Shown piece after piece: positions 17,222 through 27,007 of a stretch of DNA of 64,000 nucleotides. A model generated the notes under the pieces. That model was given only the letters and a program-made list of their open reading frames with translations. It searched no databases and had not been told where the DNA came from. A program made the position numbers and the translations under genes. Each line of letters begins with the position of its first letter. The first letter of the stretch is position 1. The stretch comes from Alphaproteobacteria bacterium (GTDB taxonomy: Bacteria; Pseudomonadota; Alphaproteobacteria; Rs-D84): positions 32,443 through 96,442 of the forward strand of contig JAWPOF010000012.1 in NCBI GenBank assembly GCA_033345275.1. Reading direction: 5' to 3'.

Positions 17222-18784
17222 ATGTTTAAGAAGTTGGCGATTGTTTTTATTGCAGTCTTTTGTGTGTTGTTGGCTGTGCCAACAATGTCGCCGAATTTGG
17301 CACCTTATTTCCCAAAGTGGATTGAACCAATTCCGCTGGGGTTGGATTTAAAGGGTGGTGCGCAATTGTTGTTAGAGGTTGACACTAATACAATGTTCCA
17401 GGAAAAGGCGGAACAGTTGTATGAAGAAACGCGCAGCGCATTGATTGATAGAAGCAAGGGGGTTGTTCGTTTTTCTAATCTGCGTAATCATGATGGGGTT
17501 GTGTCATTGGTTGTGCGTAACGAGGATGAGGTCGGTGAAGCCAAGGGACGTTTGAAAAGTGCGTTTGGTAATACCGTTGATATTTCATCCGATGGTAAAA
17601 CAATTACGCTGTCTTATTCTGATAAACAAAAAGAAGAAATGCAACAGGATGCGTTGGCGCGCAGTATTGAAATTGTGCGTCGTCGTATTGATGCGCTGGG
17701 GACCAAGGAACCATCTATTCAAAGTCAGGGCGGTAAATATATCTTGGTTCAGTTGCCGGGGGTTGATAATCCGGAACGTATCAAAGAATTGATTGGGCAG
17801 ACCGCCAAGATGACGTTCCATTTGGTAAATGAATCTGTGTCAATGGAACAGATTCAGTCGGGGCGTGCGCCGGCGGGGACTGAATTTTTGCCTTATATTG
17901 ATGCGCCAGATTCTGTGATTCCGGTGTACAGTCGTGTCGAGGTTTCGGGCGAGTCGCTGAAAGATTCCCAGGCGGATTTTGACCAGCATAATATGCCGGT
18001 TGTGTCAACTGTGTTTGATGCGTCGGGTGCGCGTCGTTTTGCAAAACTGACAACCGAACACGTTAATGAGCGTTTTGCAATTGTTCTGGACGGCAAGGTT
18101 TTGTCAGCGCCGGTTATTCGTGAACCAATTCCGGGTGGGCGCGGTCAGATTTCAGGTGGTTTTTCATTGCAGGGTGCCAAAGACCTGGCGGTGTTGTTGC
18201 GGTCGGGCGCATTGCCGGCCCCATTACAGGTTATCGAAGAACGTACTGTTGGTGCGGGATTGGGGGCAGACACAATTGCCGGTGGTAAAATTGGTGCGAT
18301 TGCAGGCGTTATCTTTATCTTTATATTCCTGTTGCTGGTATATCGTGGGTTCGGTGTGATTGCTATGATTTCACTGATGGTGAATTTGGGCATGATTGTG
18401 GGGCTGACCGCGTTGTTTGGTGCAACATTAACATTGCCAGGTGTTGCGGGTATCGTGTTGACGTTGGGTATGGCTGTTGACGCAAATGTGTTGCCGTTTG
18501 AACGTATTCGCGACGAAGTGCGTGCCGGAACGCCACCGTTACGTGCGGTAAATCTGGGGTTTGATCGCGCGTCCAAGGCAGTTTTGGATGGAAATTTAAC
18601 AACGCTGATTTGTGGTTTGGTGCTGTTCCAATTCGGTGCAGGTCCAATTCGTGGTTTTGCGGTGACATTGTCGATTGGTATTTTGACGACCTTGTTCACA
18701 TGCGTGTGGTTGACTCGTGTATTGGTTGAATGGTACATGAATGGCAAGAACAAGAAAATTGGCTTTGTTGGTGGTAAAAAATAA
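17222..18784 (+). CDS. secD: Protein translocase subunit SecD
   Basis: LGLDLKGG, RRIDALGTKEP, LRSGALPAPL, GMAVDANV. Confidence 0.97.
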   Translation: MFKKLAIVFIAVFCVLLAVPTMSPNLAPYFPKWIEPIPLGLDLKGGAQLLLEVDTNTMFQEKAEQLYEETRSALIDRSKGVVRFSNLRNHDGVVSLVVRNEDEVGEAKGRLKSAFGNTVDISSDGKTITLSYSDKQKEEMQQDALARSIEIVRRRIDALGTKEPSIQSQGGKYILVQLPGVDNPERIKELIGQTAKMTFHLVNESVSMEQIQSGRAPAGTEFLPYIDAPDSVIPVYSRVEVSGESLKDSQADFDQHNMPVVSTVFDASGARRFAKLTTEHVNERFAIVLDGKVLSAPVIREPIPGGRGQISGGFSLQGAKDLAVLLRSGALPAPLQVIEERTVGAGLGADTIAGGKIGAIAGVIFIFIFLLLVYRGFGVIAMISLMVNLGMIVGLTALFGATLTLPGVAGIVLTLGMAVDANVLPFERIRDEVRAGTPPLRAVNLGFDRASKAVLDGNLTTLICGLVLFQFGAGPIRGFAVTLSIGILTTLFTCVWLTRVLVEWYMNGKNKKIGFVGGKK

Positions 18785-18804
18785 GATTGCAAAGGGGTAG
18801 TATT

Positions 18805-19668
18805 ATGAAATTGCAGGTTATGAAGTTTCGCAAGTTATCGTACATCGTGTCGGGGGCATTGATTTTGCTGTCGGTGCTGTCGCTGATGTTTCGTGGGTTG
18901 AATTATGGTATTGACTTTTCAGGCGGTATCGCGATGGAGGTTAAGCCCATTGTTCAGGATTATGGTATTGAACAAATGCGTGAATCCTTGGCAGAATTTA
19001 AACCAGAATTGCAAACGGTTGATGGTGATGCGATTTTGATTCGTTTGGGGCTACCACGTGGGGCGACAGATGCCGCGCAAAATGCGCGCGTGGCCCAGAT
19101 TAAAAATATCCTGGGTGATAATGTTGCGTATGAACAAATTCAGGTTGTTGGACCAAAAATTGGTGGGGAATTGGTTCGTGGCGGTATTTTGGCTATTTTG
19201 TTTGCCTTTGTCATGATGGCGATTTATGTCTGGATTCGGTACAAGGGGGGGTATGCCGTGGGGGCGTTTGTGTCCTTGTTCTTGGACTTTGTATTGATGT
19301 TTGGGTTCTTTTCTGTTACTGGACTGGAATTCAATCAGACGGCAATTGCGGTTATTTTGACCGGTATTGGTTATTCAATTAATGACAAGATTGTGAACTA
19401 TGACCGAATTGATGAAAATGTAAAAAAATATCATAAAATGCCGATGGGAGATTTGATTGATTTGTCGGTTAATGAAATGTTGCGTCGTACTATGCTGACC
19501 AGTGTTTCAACTTTGTTGGCGATGATTGGTTTGGCAATATTTGGTGGGCAGATGTTGCGTGAATTTGCATATGCAATGGCATTCAGTGTGATTATGGGCA
19601 CGTTCACCAGTATTTATATTTCTAATATTATGCTGTATCATTTTAATCTGCGTGATTCAGATAAATAG
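18805..19668 (+). CDS. secF: Protein translocase subunit SecF
   Basis: GIDFSGG, VGPKIG, GYSINDKIVNYDRI. Confidence 0.96.
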   Translation: MKLQVMKFRKLSYIVSGALILLSVLSLMFRGLNYGIDFSGGIAMEVKPIVQDYGIEQMRESLAEFKPELQTVDGDAILIRLGLPRGATDAAQNARVAQIKNILGDNVAYEQIQVVGPKIGGELVRGGILAILFAFVMMAIYVWIRYKGGYAVGAFVSLFLDFVLMFGFFSVTGLEFNQTAIAVILTGIGYSINDKIVNYDRIDENVKKYHKMPMGDLIDLSVNEMLRRTMLTSVSTLLAMIGLAIFGGQMLREFAYAMAFSVIMGTFTSIYISNIMLYHFNLRDSDK

Positions 19669-19699
19669 CATTGGCGCACGCGTCATGGGGGGACGGAAT

Positions 19700-21208
19700 A
19701 TGGGAATGAAAAAAATTTTTGTTTTTATTACATTGATTCTGGGGGGGGTGTATGGCGCAGGGGCGGCAAGTTTGTTCTTTGGAGACGAACCGATTCAAGA
19801 CGGATTGCCGGTGTTTGAGGTGTCGAAAAATTTTGCCGAGATTTACAGTAAATTGGATGATGTAAATTGGTCCGGGAAAAGTTTGAATGTCGCAATCGAG
19901 AGCCTGGAAAATTTAAGTAAGCCCGCACATGTGGCGGCAACTGATGAACGAATTGTGTTGGTGTGGGGGGATGATATTGTGGCGAATTATCCACGCCCGG
20001 ATGAAAAAGATTGGGATGGGTTTGGTGAAATTACAACTGCACTGGTATTAAAGTTGCGGGCATATGACCCAAATTTACGCGCTTTGTCAGAAAGCGAGAT
20101 GTATCAGGTTGTTGTAGACAGTTTAATTCATGGTATTGATGAAAATGGACGATATATTTTTTCAAAAGTCGCTGAATTGACTGAGGATGGAAGGTTGCTG
20201 ACCAGTGTCGGTATCGAAGGGGCGCGGGACGAGCGTGGAAATTTTCGTATTACTGGGATTTATAAAGGTGCGCCGGCCGATATGGCAGGGATTCGTGCGG
20301 GCGATATAATTGAACAGATTAATGGACGGTTCGTGACCGAGATGTCAGATGATGAATTGGCGGCTGTTATGACCGGGTTTAATTCGGGAACTTCTAAAAT
20401 TCATTTGCTGACTCCGACTGGAAATAAGGATGTTGTTTTGCGGCGGGCAACAATAGTATCGGCTGATGCAGATGTTGTGCACAGGTCTGATCCAAGTATT
20501 GGGGGGTTGCTGGAAATTATTGTGCACAGGGTGTCCGAGGGGGCTGTTAATATTGTGAACGAGGCTTTGGCACGATATCCCGATGTTTCGGGCGTCATAT
20601 TAGATTTTCGTGTTGCCGGTGGTGATGACGAGCGAGCCGCAGCCAAGATTGCTGGGCTGTTTATGGGGAAAAAGCCCGTTATGCGCGTCGTCGAGACTGC
20701 TTCGAGCGAAGTTGAGGTCGTTCCTGGCGGGGATGCCGTAACAAATGTACCGGTCGTTGTGTTGATAAGTGATCAGACACGTGGTACGGCCGAGGCGTTG
20801 GTGGCGGCGTTTTACGAGAACAGGCGAGGCGTGCTGGTGGGAACGCCTACTGCGGGGTTGGCGCGTATAGCGTCCAGTATAGATTTAAGTAATGGGGGGG
20901 CGTTAGAATTGCTGAACAGGTCAATCAAAACAGGCCAAGGGCGGATTATTGATGGTCGTGGGGTCTTTCCAATTGTGTGTTTGTCCAATATTCGTACTAA
21001 TCAGCAACAGGATGCCTTTTTTTTGAATGTGGTAAATAATGATTTTAATGCCCAAGATTTTAATAGGGATACAAGTATCAGTGCAGAGCAAATTCGTCGC
21101 GGTTGTCCGGTTATTGCAAGTGGTGCAGATGAAGACGCTGTGTCGGCGGCAATGGCGGTTAAAATATTGACTGACAGAAGTGTTTATGATGGGCTGATGG
21201 GAAATTAA
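19700..21208 (+). CDS. S41/CtpA-like PDZ protein with degenerate catalytic motifs
   Basis: Signal peptide, PDZ (GAPADMAGIRAGDII), ILDFR, PVVVLI...TRGTAE, GRGVFP. Confidence 0.8.
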   Translation: MGMKKIFVFITLILGGVYGAGAASLFFGDEPIQDGLPVFEVSKNFAEIYSKLDDVNWSGKSLNVAIESLENLSKPAHVAATDERIVLVWGDDIVANYPRPDEKDWDGFGEITTALVLKLRAYDPNLRALSESEMYQVVVDSLIHGIDENGRYIFSKVAELTEDGRLLTSVGIEGARDERGNFRITGIYKGAPADMAGIRAGDIIEQINGRFVTEMSDDELAAVMTGFNSGTSKIHLLTPTGNKDVVLRRATIVSADADVVHRSDPSIGGLLEIIVHRVSEGAVNIVNEALARYPDVSGVILDFRVAGGDDERAAAKIAGLFMGKKPVMRVVETASSEVEVVPGGDAVTNVPVVVLISDQTRGTAEALVAAFYENRRGVLVGTPTAGLARIASSIDLSNGGALELLNRSIKTGQGRIIDGRGVFPIVCLSNIRTNQQQDAFFLNVVNNDFNAQDFNRDTSISAEQIRRGCPVIASGADEDAVSAAMAVKILTDRSVYDGLMGN

Positions 21209-21225
21209 GAAAACAGGGGTGTGGA

Positions 21226-21909
21226 ATGTTTTTAACAAAAGATAATCGAATTAAATGGCGCGCAATGGGGTGGGGGGCGTTGATTGTGGCGATTTTGCTG
21301 GGGATGGGTATCGCGTGGTATGATAAGTCGCTGTTTTTGTTTTTGCGTCAATTTGATTGTGATATTTGGAAATGGATGAATGCGATTTTTGATGGCAAAG
21401 TCTGGATTTTTGGTTCTTTGATTGCCGTGTTGTTTTTTTGCGTTAAAAAGTGTGTAAAAACAGATTGCAATTTTATAAAATGTGCAAATCGGTTGAAGTT
21501 TAGCGCTTTTTTGCGTAATTTTTTAGTAAATATAAAGAATAATAATGCGTTTTTGATATTTTGTAGTGTTTTGTGTGCTGGAATTGTGGTCAAGCTGCTA
21601 AAGATATTTATTGGACGTGCGCGACCGATATTTTTCGAGGCTTTGGATATGACGGGCTTTTTTTCGCCGTCTTTGGAGTGGGCGTTTAATTCGATGCCGT
21701 CTGGGCATGCGGCGGTCAGTTTTGCGGGTTTGTGCATGATTGGTATGTTGGCGCCACGTTACAAGGTTGTGACATGGACTTTGGCGATTGTAATCGGATT
21801 TTCTAGGATTGCAATTGGGGCGCATTGGCCAAGTGATGTAATATTCGGGGCCTTTGTCGGTATAGTGGTTGCAGATATTGTAAAAAGTAGTTTGTTATTA
21901 AGGAAATAA
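21226..21909 (+). CDS. PAP2 family phosphatase (LpxE/PgpB-like)
   Basis: K.FIGRARP, PSGH, SRIAIGAHWPSDV. Confidence 0.9.
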   Translation: MFLTKDNRIKWRAMGWGALIVAILLGMGIAWYDKSLFLFLRQFDCDIWKWMNAIFDGKVWIFGSLIAVLFFCVKKCVKTDCNFIKCANRLKFSAFLRNFLVNIKNNNAFLIFCSVLCAGIVVKLLKIFIGRARPIFFEALDMTGFFSPSLEWAFNSMPSGHAAVSFAGLCMIGMLAPRYKVVTWTLAIVIGFSRIAIGAHWPSDVIFGAFVGIVVADIVKSSLLLRK

Positions 21910-21911
21910 AG

Positions 21912-21933
21912 AACCGCCGTTTGGCGGTTTTTT
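21912..21933. terminator. Terminator between convergent genes
   Basis: AACCGCC-GTTT-GGCGGTTTTTTT. Confidence 0.75.
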
Positions 21934-22358
21934 TATTTTGCTTGTTTCTGTTCGTATAGCTGAGCAAAGTCAACTGGTTGCATTGCAAAGGTTGGGAACC
22001 CTGATTCCGAAGTCAGGCGGGTAATCAATGCGCGTACAGCAGGGAATAACAATGTTGGTACATTGATTAATAATGTGCGTTTTTTTGCTTCTTCATCTTT
22101 TTCTTCTTCCATTTGGACCAGGCCAGAATATGTTGATTCAATCAAGAAAATGGATTTGTCGCCCGCGTCCAGTTTTGAATGAACCTTGGTAATCAAATCG
22201 ACCATGAACAGGTTGTTTTCTGCGCCTTTGATTTGAATGTCTATGTTTATTTCTAGTTTCGCCTGGCCGTTATCGGATTTAAAGAATAATTCTGGTACGT
22301 TTGGGCTTTCGAATGAAATGTCTTTTAAAAATTGTGAAATGATATTAAATTTTGCCAT
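21933..22358 (-). CDS. secB: Protein export chaperone SecB
   Basis: QFLKDISFESPN, P.LLFP..R, GFP...PVDF..LY. Confidence 0.95.
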   Translation of the reverse strand: MAKFNIISQFLKDISFESPNVPELFFKSDNGQAKLEINIDIQIKGAENNLFMVDLITKVHSKLDAGDKSIFLIESTYSGLVQMEEEKDEEAKKRTLLINVPTLLFPAVRALITRLTSESGFPTFAMQPVDFAQLYEQKQAK

Positions 22359-22471
22359 TATAATTTCTCCTTCGGTCTGTTTTGGCTAAAATGTGCTCTG
22401 GACTTGCGTCCTGATTTTATGCTAATATAATACCAGAAATAAAATTTACAAGTGGGAAGGGTGAAACAAAA

Positions 22472-23572
22472 ATGCTTTTTTTAACAAAAAAAACTATTTT
22501 AAGTGGATTTTTGGGTGTTTTGAGTGCGTTTGTTTTGTCTTCGTGTGATGTTTCAACGCCGACTGTGACAGGTGATAATTCAATCGTTCCGTCTAATTTC
22601 AAACAGGTATCGTACAGCGAATTGCCGGGGTGGCGCGATGACGATGTGCGGTATGCTTTGCAGGCTTTTAGAAATTCGTGTAATGCAAAAATTCAATATA
22701 CTGGTCGATTGATTCCAGATAAAGAATTGTTTGCGGAAAAATGCAGAATGTTGCCAAGTGCAAGTGCAGATGTGGCGACTGTGCGTGCATGGTTTGAATC
22801 AAATTTTCAGCCGTATCAGATTTTTAATGATGATGGTGGCGACAAGGGAACGTTTACAGGGTATTATTCACCAATAATCCCTGCATGTCGGACGAAAACA
22901 GCCCGGTGTAATGAACCTTTGATGGGAATTCCAACAGATGGGCGTGCGTACAAAGGGGTGCCAAAAAAAGATATTGTTGAAAATCAAATCGGGCGCGTTT
23001 TGTATTGGGCAAATATCGTAGATGTTCAAAATATTCAAATTCAGGGGTCGGGTAATTTGCGCCTGGAAGATGGCACAGATGTGAAATTAAACTTTGCCGC
23101 CGTCAATGATTTGCCGTTCAAATCAATTGGCGAAGAATTGCGTAACCGTGGTATTAGACCGGCGGGCGGTTTTTCGTCCGAGGCTGTATGGCAACATTTA
23201 AGGCAAAATCCTGAGTTGGCCAAGGATGTGATTTATAAAAATCCGCGGTATGTTTATTTTTATGAATCTGTGCCACCAGATGTTGTTGGAAAACTGGGGA
23301 CGCCGCTGTCAAAAATTCGCAGCATTGCAATGGACGATGACTTGTATACGTTGGGATTGCCGGTGTATGTAAATACTAATCTGTCAGATGGGCGGGCGTT
23401 TCGTCGCCTGATGATTGCCCAAGACACAGGCAGCGCTATTCGTGGATGGATTCGTGCAGATATTTTCTTTGGCAAAGGGGACGAGGCATATGAGTTTGCC
23501 CAGGGACAACATGCCCAGGGCCAGATGTTTATTTTGATGCCGAAAGAGTATGTCTATGTCAAACCACGATAA
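22472..23572 (+). CDS. mltA: Membrane-bound lytic transglycosylase MltA
   Basis: Lipobox LSSC, FTGYY, IQGSG, AQDTGSAIRG..RADIFFG. Confidence 0.93.
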   Translation: MLFLTKKTILSGFLGVLSAFVLSSCDVSTPTVTGDNSIVPSNFKQVSYSELPGWRDDDVRYALQAFRNSCNAKIQYTGRLIPDKELFAEKCRMLPSASADVATVRAWFESNFQPYQIFNDDGGDKGTFTGYYSPIIPACRTKTARCNEPLMGIPTDGRAYKGVPKKDIVENQIGRVLYWANIVDVQNIQIQGSGNLRLEDGTDVKLNFAAVNDLPFKSIGEELRNRGIRPAGGFSSEAVWQHLRQNPELAKDVIYKNPRYVYFYESVPPDVVGKLGTPLSKIRSIAMDDDLYTLGLPVYVNTNLSDGRAFRRLMIAQDTGSAIRGWIRADIFFGKGDEAYEFAQGQHAQGQMFILMPKEYVYVKPR

Positions 23573-23885
23573 AAAATTTGATGAACGCAGCAAACGTCCT
23601 CAAACAATTGGGGGTGCATTGGGAGGTTTGATTAAAATTTTCGGGATTCGCGCATCTGATTCTGACCTGGCGGCGCGCTGGGATGAAATTATGGGTGGGG
23701 ATATTGCATCGGTTGCACGCCTGGCGGCAATAAAAAAGAATCGCGACAACACATTTAACATTGTAATTCGTCCCGCCCACCCGGCCTATGCGTTGCAACT
23801 GTCATATCAATCAGACGAAATCATCAAACGAATTAACAAATACTTTGGCTATGACGCCGTCGGCAAAATAAGTTTTCGAAAATGA
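23556..23885 (+). CDS. DUF721/DciA family protein
   Basis: RW.EI.G, AL.L.Y....II.RIN.YFG..AV..I. Confidence 0.8.
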   Translation: MSNHDKKFDERSKRPQTIGGALGGLIKIFGIRASDSDLAARWDEIMGGDIASVARLAAIKKNRDNTFNIVIRPAHPAYALQLSYQSDEIIKRINKYFGYDAVGKISFRK

Positions 23886-23900
23886 CGAAGGGGACACAGG

Positions 23901-24323
23901 ATGAATTTTCTTTTTTTTATTGGTTTTGTTTTGGTTGGCGTAGCGGTGGATTTGACATATAATCCTACGGATAATAATTGGATTGGATTACTTGCATTTA
24001 TTGCAACATATTTATTATTTCAGCTAATTACTATTCACACAGAATATATAACCATAAAATCAAAACAAATACAAAGGACTAAATTATTAGGGCTGAAACG
24101 ATATATAATAAAAACAACCAATGGGCAAACCCTAATAAATATTAATGACTTTTTTATGCTGAAATTTAATGCAAAAAAGTTACACCAAGAACTTAAAATC
24201 GGAAAGACCTATAAAATAAAAACATATCGTTTTGGTCTGAATTTTTCATATCCTTATAATATATTGTCTGCCACAGAAATAAAAGCGTCTATACGCAAGA
24301 AATCCGGGAATAAATCAAAATGA
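23901..24323 (+). CDS. AT-rich hypothetical membrane protein
   Basis: Two TM segments then a basic beta-rich domain (GKTYKIKT...YPYNIL); GC lower than neighbours. Confidence 0.65.
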   Translation: MNFLFFIGFVLVGVAVDLTYNPTDNNWIGLLAFIATYLLFQLITIHTEYITIKSKQIQRTKLLGLKRYIIKTTNGQTLININDFFMLKFNAKKLHQELKIGKTYKIKTYRFGLNFSYPYNILSATEIKASIRKKSGNKSK

Positions 24324-24799
24324 GCAAACGCGTACTGGGCATTGACCCTGGGTTATTACATACTGGTTGGGCGGTAATTGATACCGTGGGTCAAACGCGT
24401 AAATATATCGCCAGTGGTGTTATATTACCTAAAACCACATTATCGTTTGCGGAACGCCTGGCGACAATTTTTCGTGGTGTGACGGGACTGTGCGAAACGT
24501 TTGCTCCCGACGAATGCAGTATTGAAATAACATTCGTGAACAAAAATCCAAAAACAACACTTATTTTGGGACACGCGCGTGCGGCGGCAATTGTTGCTGT
24601 GTCAAATCGCGATATTCCCGTATTTGAATACGAGCCGAATAAAATTAAAAAAGCTTTGACCGGGGCAGGTCATGCGGATAAGGCGGCGGTTGATAAAATG
24701 GTGCAAATATTATTGCCAATGGCGCATCCAAAGACCCCGGACGAGGCCGATGCAATTGCAATTGCGTTGGCACATACTAATATGACACGTTTTGTGTAA
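24320..24799 (+). CDS. ruvC: Holliday junction resolvase RuvC
   Basis: LGIDPG, E..F, IKKALTG.G.A.K, DEADAIAIA. Confidence 0.96.
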   Translation: MSKRVLGIDPGLLHTGWAVIDTVGQTRKYIASGVILPKTTLSFAERLATIFRGVTGLCETFAPDECSIEITFVNKNPKTTLILGHARAAAIVAVSNRDIPVFEYEPNKIKKALTGAGHADKAAVDKMVQILLPMAHPKTPDEADAIAIALAHTNMTRFV

Positions 24800-24826
24800 A
24801 GAAAAATTATTGCGATGGTTTCTTGG

Positions 24827-25384
24827 CTAGAAATTATATGTCAGCCCAGCGCCATAAAAAGCATAGGAATTGTTTTCTGGTGCCGTGTTGCCGTTGGAAA
24901 AATGCTGCATGTATAATTCCAGATTTGTGCATTCTGATAATTGATATGCTGCGCCCAGTTTGAAGCTGAATAATAATTTGGACCCCAGGCGTTCGTTTTG
25001 TTGTGCCTGCATACCAACACCCAGACCGGTATAGGTATACCATCTGTTGCCATGAAGCAGAATGATATCTTGGGATAACATCGCGATTGGGATTGTATAT
25101 TTGTCCCAGTGCCAGCCATACTTGGTGCCGTGTCCCAGCGTTTGCATAATATTCAAAGACTGGCGTGCGGGCATACGAAAGAATGTGGTTGGCTGAGAAT
25201 ACTGGATATGAAGCATGTAAAATGGCACAAATTGTGTCGGTGGGGCCAGTAAAAAACCACTGTTTACGCCCCAGCCAAAATTGAAGGCGATTTGGTTTTC
25301 ATATCCGTTGAAAAATGGGTTGTTTTCTGTGTGGGCAATCGCCGGGGCAGAAAATAATAATAGAGCATATACGAAATTTTTCAT
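24827..25384 (-). CDS. PagL-like lipid A deacylase (acyloxyacyl hydrolase), OM beta-barrel
   Basis: Signal peptide, HFSNG motif, C-terminal YNF. Confidence 0.8.
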   Translation of the reverse strand: MKNFVYALLLFSAPAIAHTENNPFFNGYENQIAFNFGWGVNSGFLLAPPTQFVPFYMLHIQYSQPTTFFRMPARQSLNIMQTLGHGTKYGWHWDKYTIPIAMLSQDIILLHGNRWYTYTGLGVGMQAQQNERLGSKLLFSFKLGAAYQLSECTNLELYMQHFSNGNTAPENNSYAFYGAGLTYNF

Positions 25385-25519
25385 AGGCTGAGCTGTATCA
25401 TGATTTAGATATTGTTTCAATATAAATTTATTAAAAAATATAATCATTGTAAATAAGAATAAAATCGTGTTTTTGTTTTGCTTGCAATAATAAAAAATGA
25501 TGTTATAATGCGGGGCATT

Positions 25520-25594
25520 GGCAGCGTAGCTCAGTGGTAGAGCAGAGGAATCATAATCCTTTGGTCGGGGGTCCGAATCCCTCCGCTGCTACCA
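25520..25594 (+). tRNA. tRNA-Met(CAT), elongator type
   Basis: GGCAGCG/CGCTGCT acceptor, GAGGA-ATCATAA-TCCTT anticodon arm, CCA; T-loop TCCGAAT. Confidence 0.92.
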
Positions 25595-25630
25595 AAATTC
25601 AAACCGGGTTTATCCCGGTTTTAATTTTGG

Positions 25631-25939
25631 TTAGTAAAGGACAATAAGGACCCCAGGGTCTGACAAAAAAGCAGGTTTTGCAAGTGAAACGCGGTTGTTT
25701 TTCTGCTTTTCTTCTAATCTGGATTTATAGTCAGCAAATTTCATCTCTGGAATTGAGGTCACTAAAAACAGTTGCTGTTTTGCTCGTGTTATAAGCACAT
25801 TAAGTAGCCTATGTCCCTCATCCCTATTTATAACAAACTGTTCTTTAAACTTACCGTCATGAGCAGGTCCGTATGTTGTGGAAATAATGATAATATCTCT
25901 TTCGTCACCTTGGATATTTTCTAGATTCTTTACAAACAA
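25631..25939 (-). pseudogene. Fragment of SF1 (Upf1/DNA2-like, AAA_12) helicase C-terminus
   Basis: VKNLENIQGDERDIIIIS and RLLNVLITRAK only; no N-terminal ATPase part and no ATG start. Confidence 0.75.
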
Positions 25940-25943
25940 AGGA

Positions 25944-26378
25944 TCACTTTTCTACACTCAATAACTTTGTTTTGGATTCGTACCAATCTGTCAGACCTTT
26001 TATTAAGAAATCTGGACGTATGTCCAGTGATGACAAATCGGCAATATTATGAAATTTGAATTCTAATTTTTCTTCCTTGGATGCGATTGTATCAGGTGTT
26101 TCGGCATTAACCGCGAATAAAATTGTGTACTCTTGATGACGTGATGATTCAATATCGCCATAAATGTTTTCAAAAAAACCTATTGGTTCACCGATTGAAT
26201 AAGTAGAACCAATGGTTTCTTCTTCTAATTCGCGCACCAATGCATTAGTTGCGGTTTCGCCAAATTCAACATGACCGCCAGGTAAAAAATACCAGTTTTT
26301 ACCCTTTACATTAGCCAATAATACTTTGTCGCCATTGATAATTACCGCACGAGATAAAATTTCAAATTCTTTATTCAT
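25944..26378 (-). CDS. NUDIX hydrolase
   Basis: Nudix box GGHVEFGETATNALVRELEEET; SD GGAGA. Confidence 0.92.
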   Translation of the reverse strand: MNKEFEILSRAVIINGDKVLLANVKGKNWYFLPGGHVEFGETATNALVRELEEETIGSTYSIGEPIGFFENIYGDIESSRHQEYTILFAVNAETPDTIASKEEKLEFKFHNIADLSSLDIRPDFLIKGLTDWYESKTKLLSVEK

Positions 26379-26560
26379 TATATTCTCCCGGCTTTTTATT
26401 GTACAAGGAATTGTATCTTGCAAAAGTTAAATTGTCAATTGAACATAATATTGACTTTTGCCTTTCTTGACTTAAGGACACAAACACAATATAAAACTTT
26501 ACATAGAAAAATGGTTAAAAAATGGCGGAAATGTGAGTGGTGTGGCGTTTTTTATTATTT

Positions 26561-26671
26561 TTTTATTTGTATTATGACCTGGGGCCTGTGGTCATCCGTC
26601 TGCGCTTCGATGCGCCGAGACAAGAGCCATGGGATGACAAAGTAAATAAAAAACCGCCGGGGTGGGGCGGT
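26561..26671. repeat. GTCATCC/GGATGAC REP-like element plus terminator hairpin, copy A
   Basis: Direct repeat of 27651-27755 (offset 1090). Confidence 0.85.
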
Positions 26672-26689
26672 ATGGTTGTTTTGTTGTTT

Positions 26690-27007
26690 CTATCGTGTCT
26701 TGTAATTGTCGCACAGGCGGGCGATTTTACAAGCGTTTTCTATTTGCGTTTGTCGCATCAAGTCTAGATATACACTAGCATTGTTGGCATCCATTGGTAC
26801 ATCCTTTGCAGCTAATGTCATTATTGTTGGTTCAGACAGAGCTAGATGATTGATAAAATGCTCTATCTTTTTTCCCGCAATGGTTGGCCACATACTAACA
26901 ATCGGCTCGGCGTTATCTGTGGTTTCTTGGTGTACACCCAATGCGCAACGTTTATCACAGCCATTGCATACGCCGATATTTCTACGTTCTTTCTGTGTAA
27001 ATGACAT
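26690..27007 (-). CDS. Small Cys-motif protein, paralog of 12890-13210
   Basis: MSFTQK, CNGCDKRCALG, PTIAG, CDNYKTR. Confidence 0.8.
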   Translation of the reverse strand: MSFTQKERRNIGVCNGCDKRCALGVHQETTDNAEPIVSMWPTIAGKKIEHFINHLALSEPTIMTLAAKDVPMDANNASVYLDLMRQTQIENACKIARLCDNYKTR

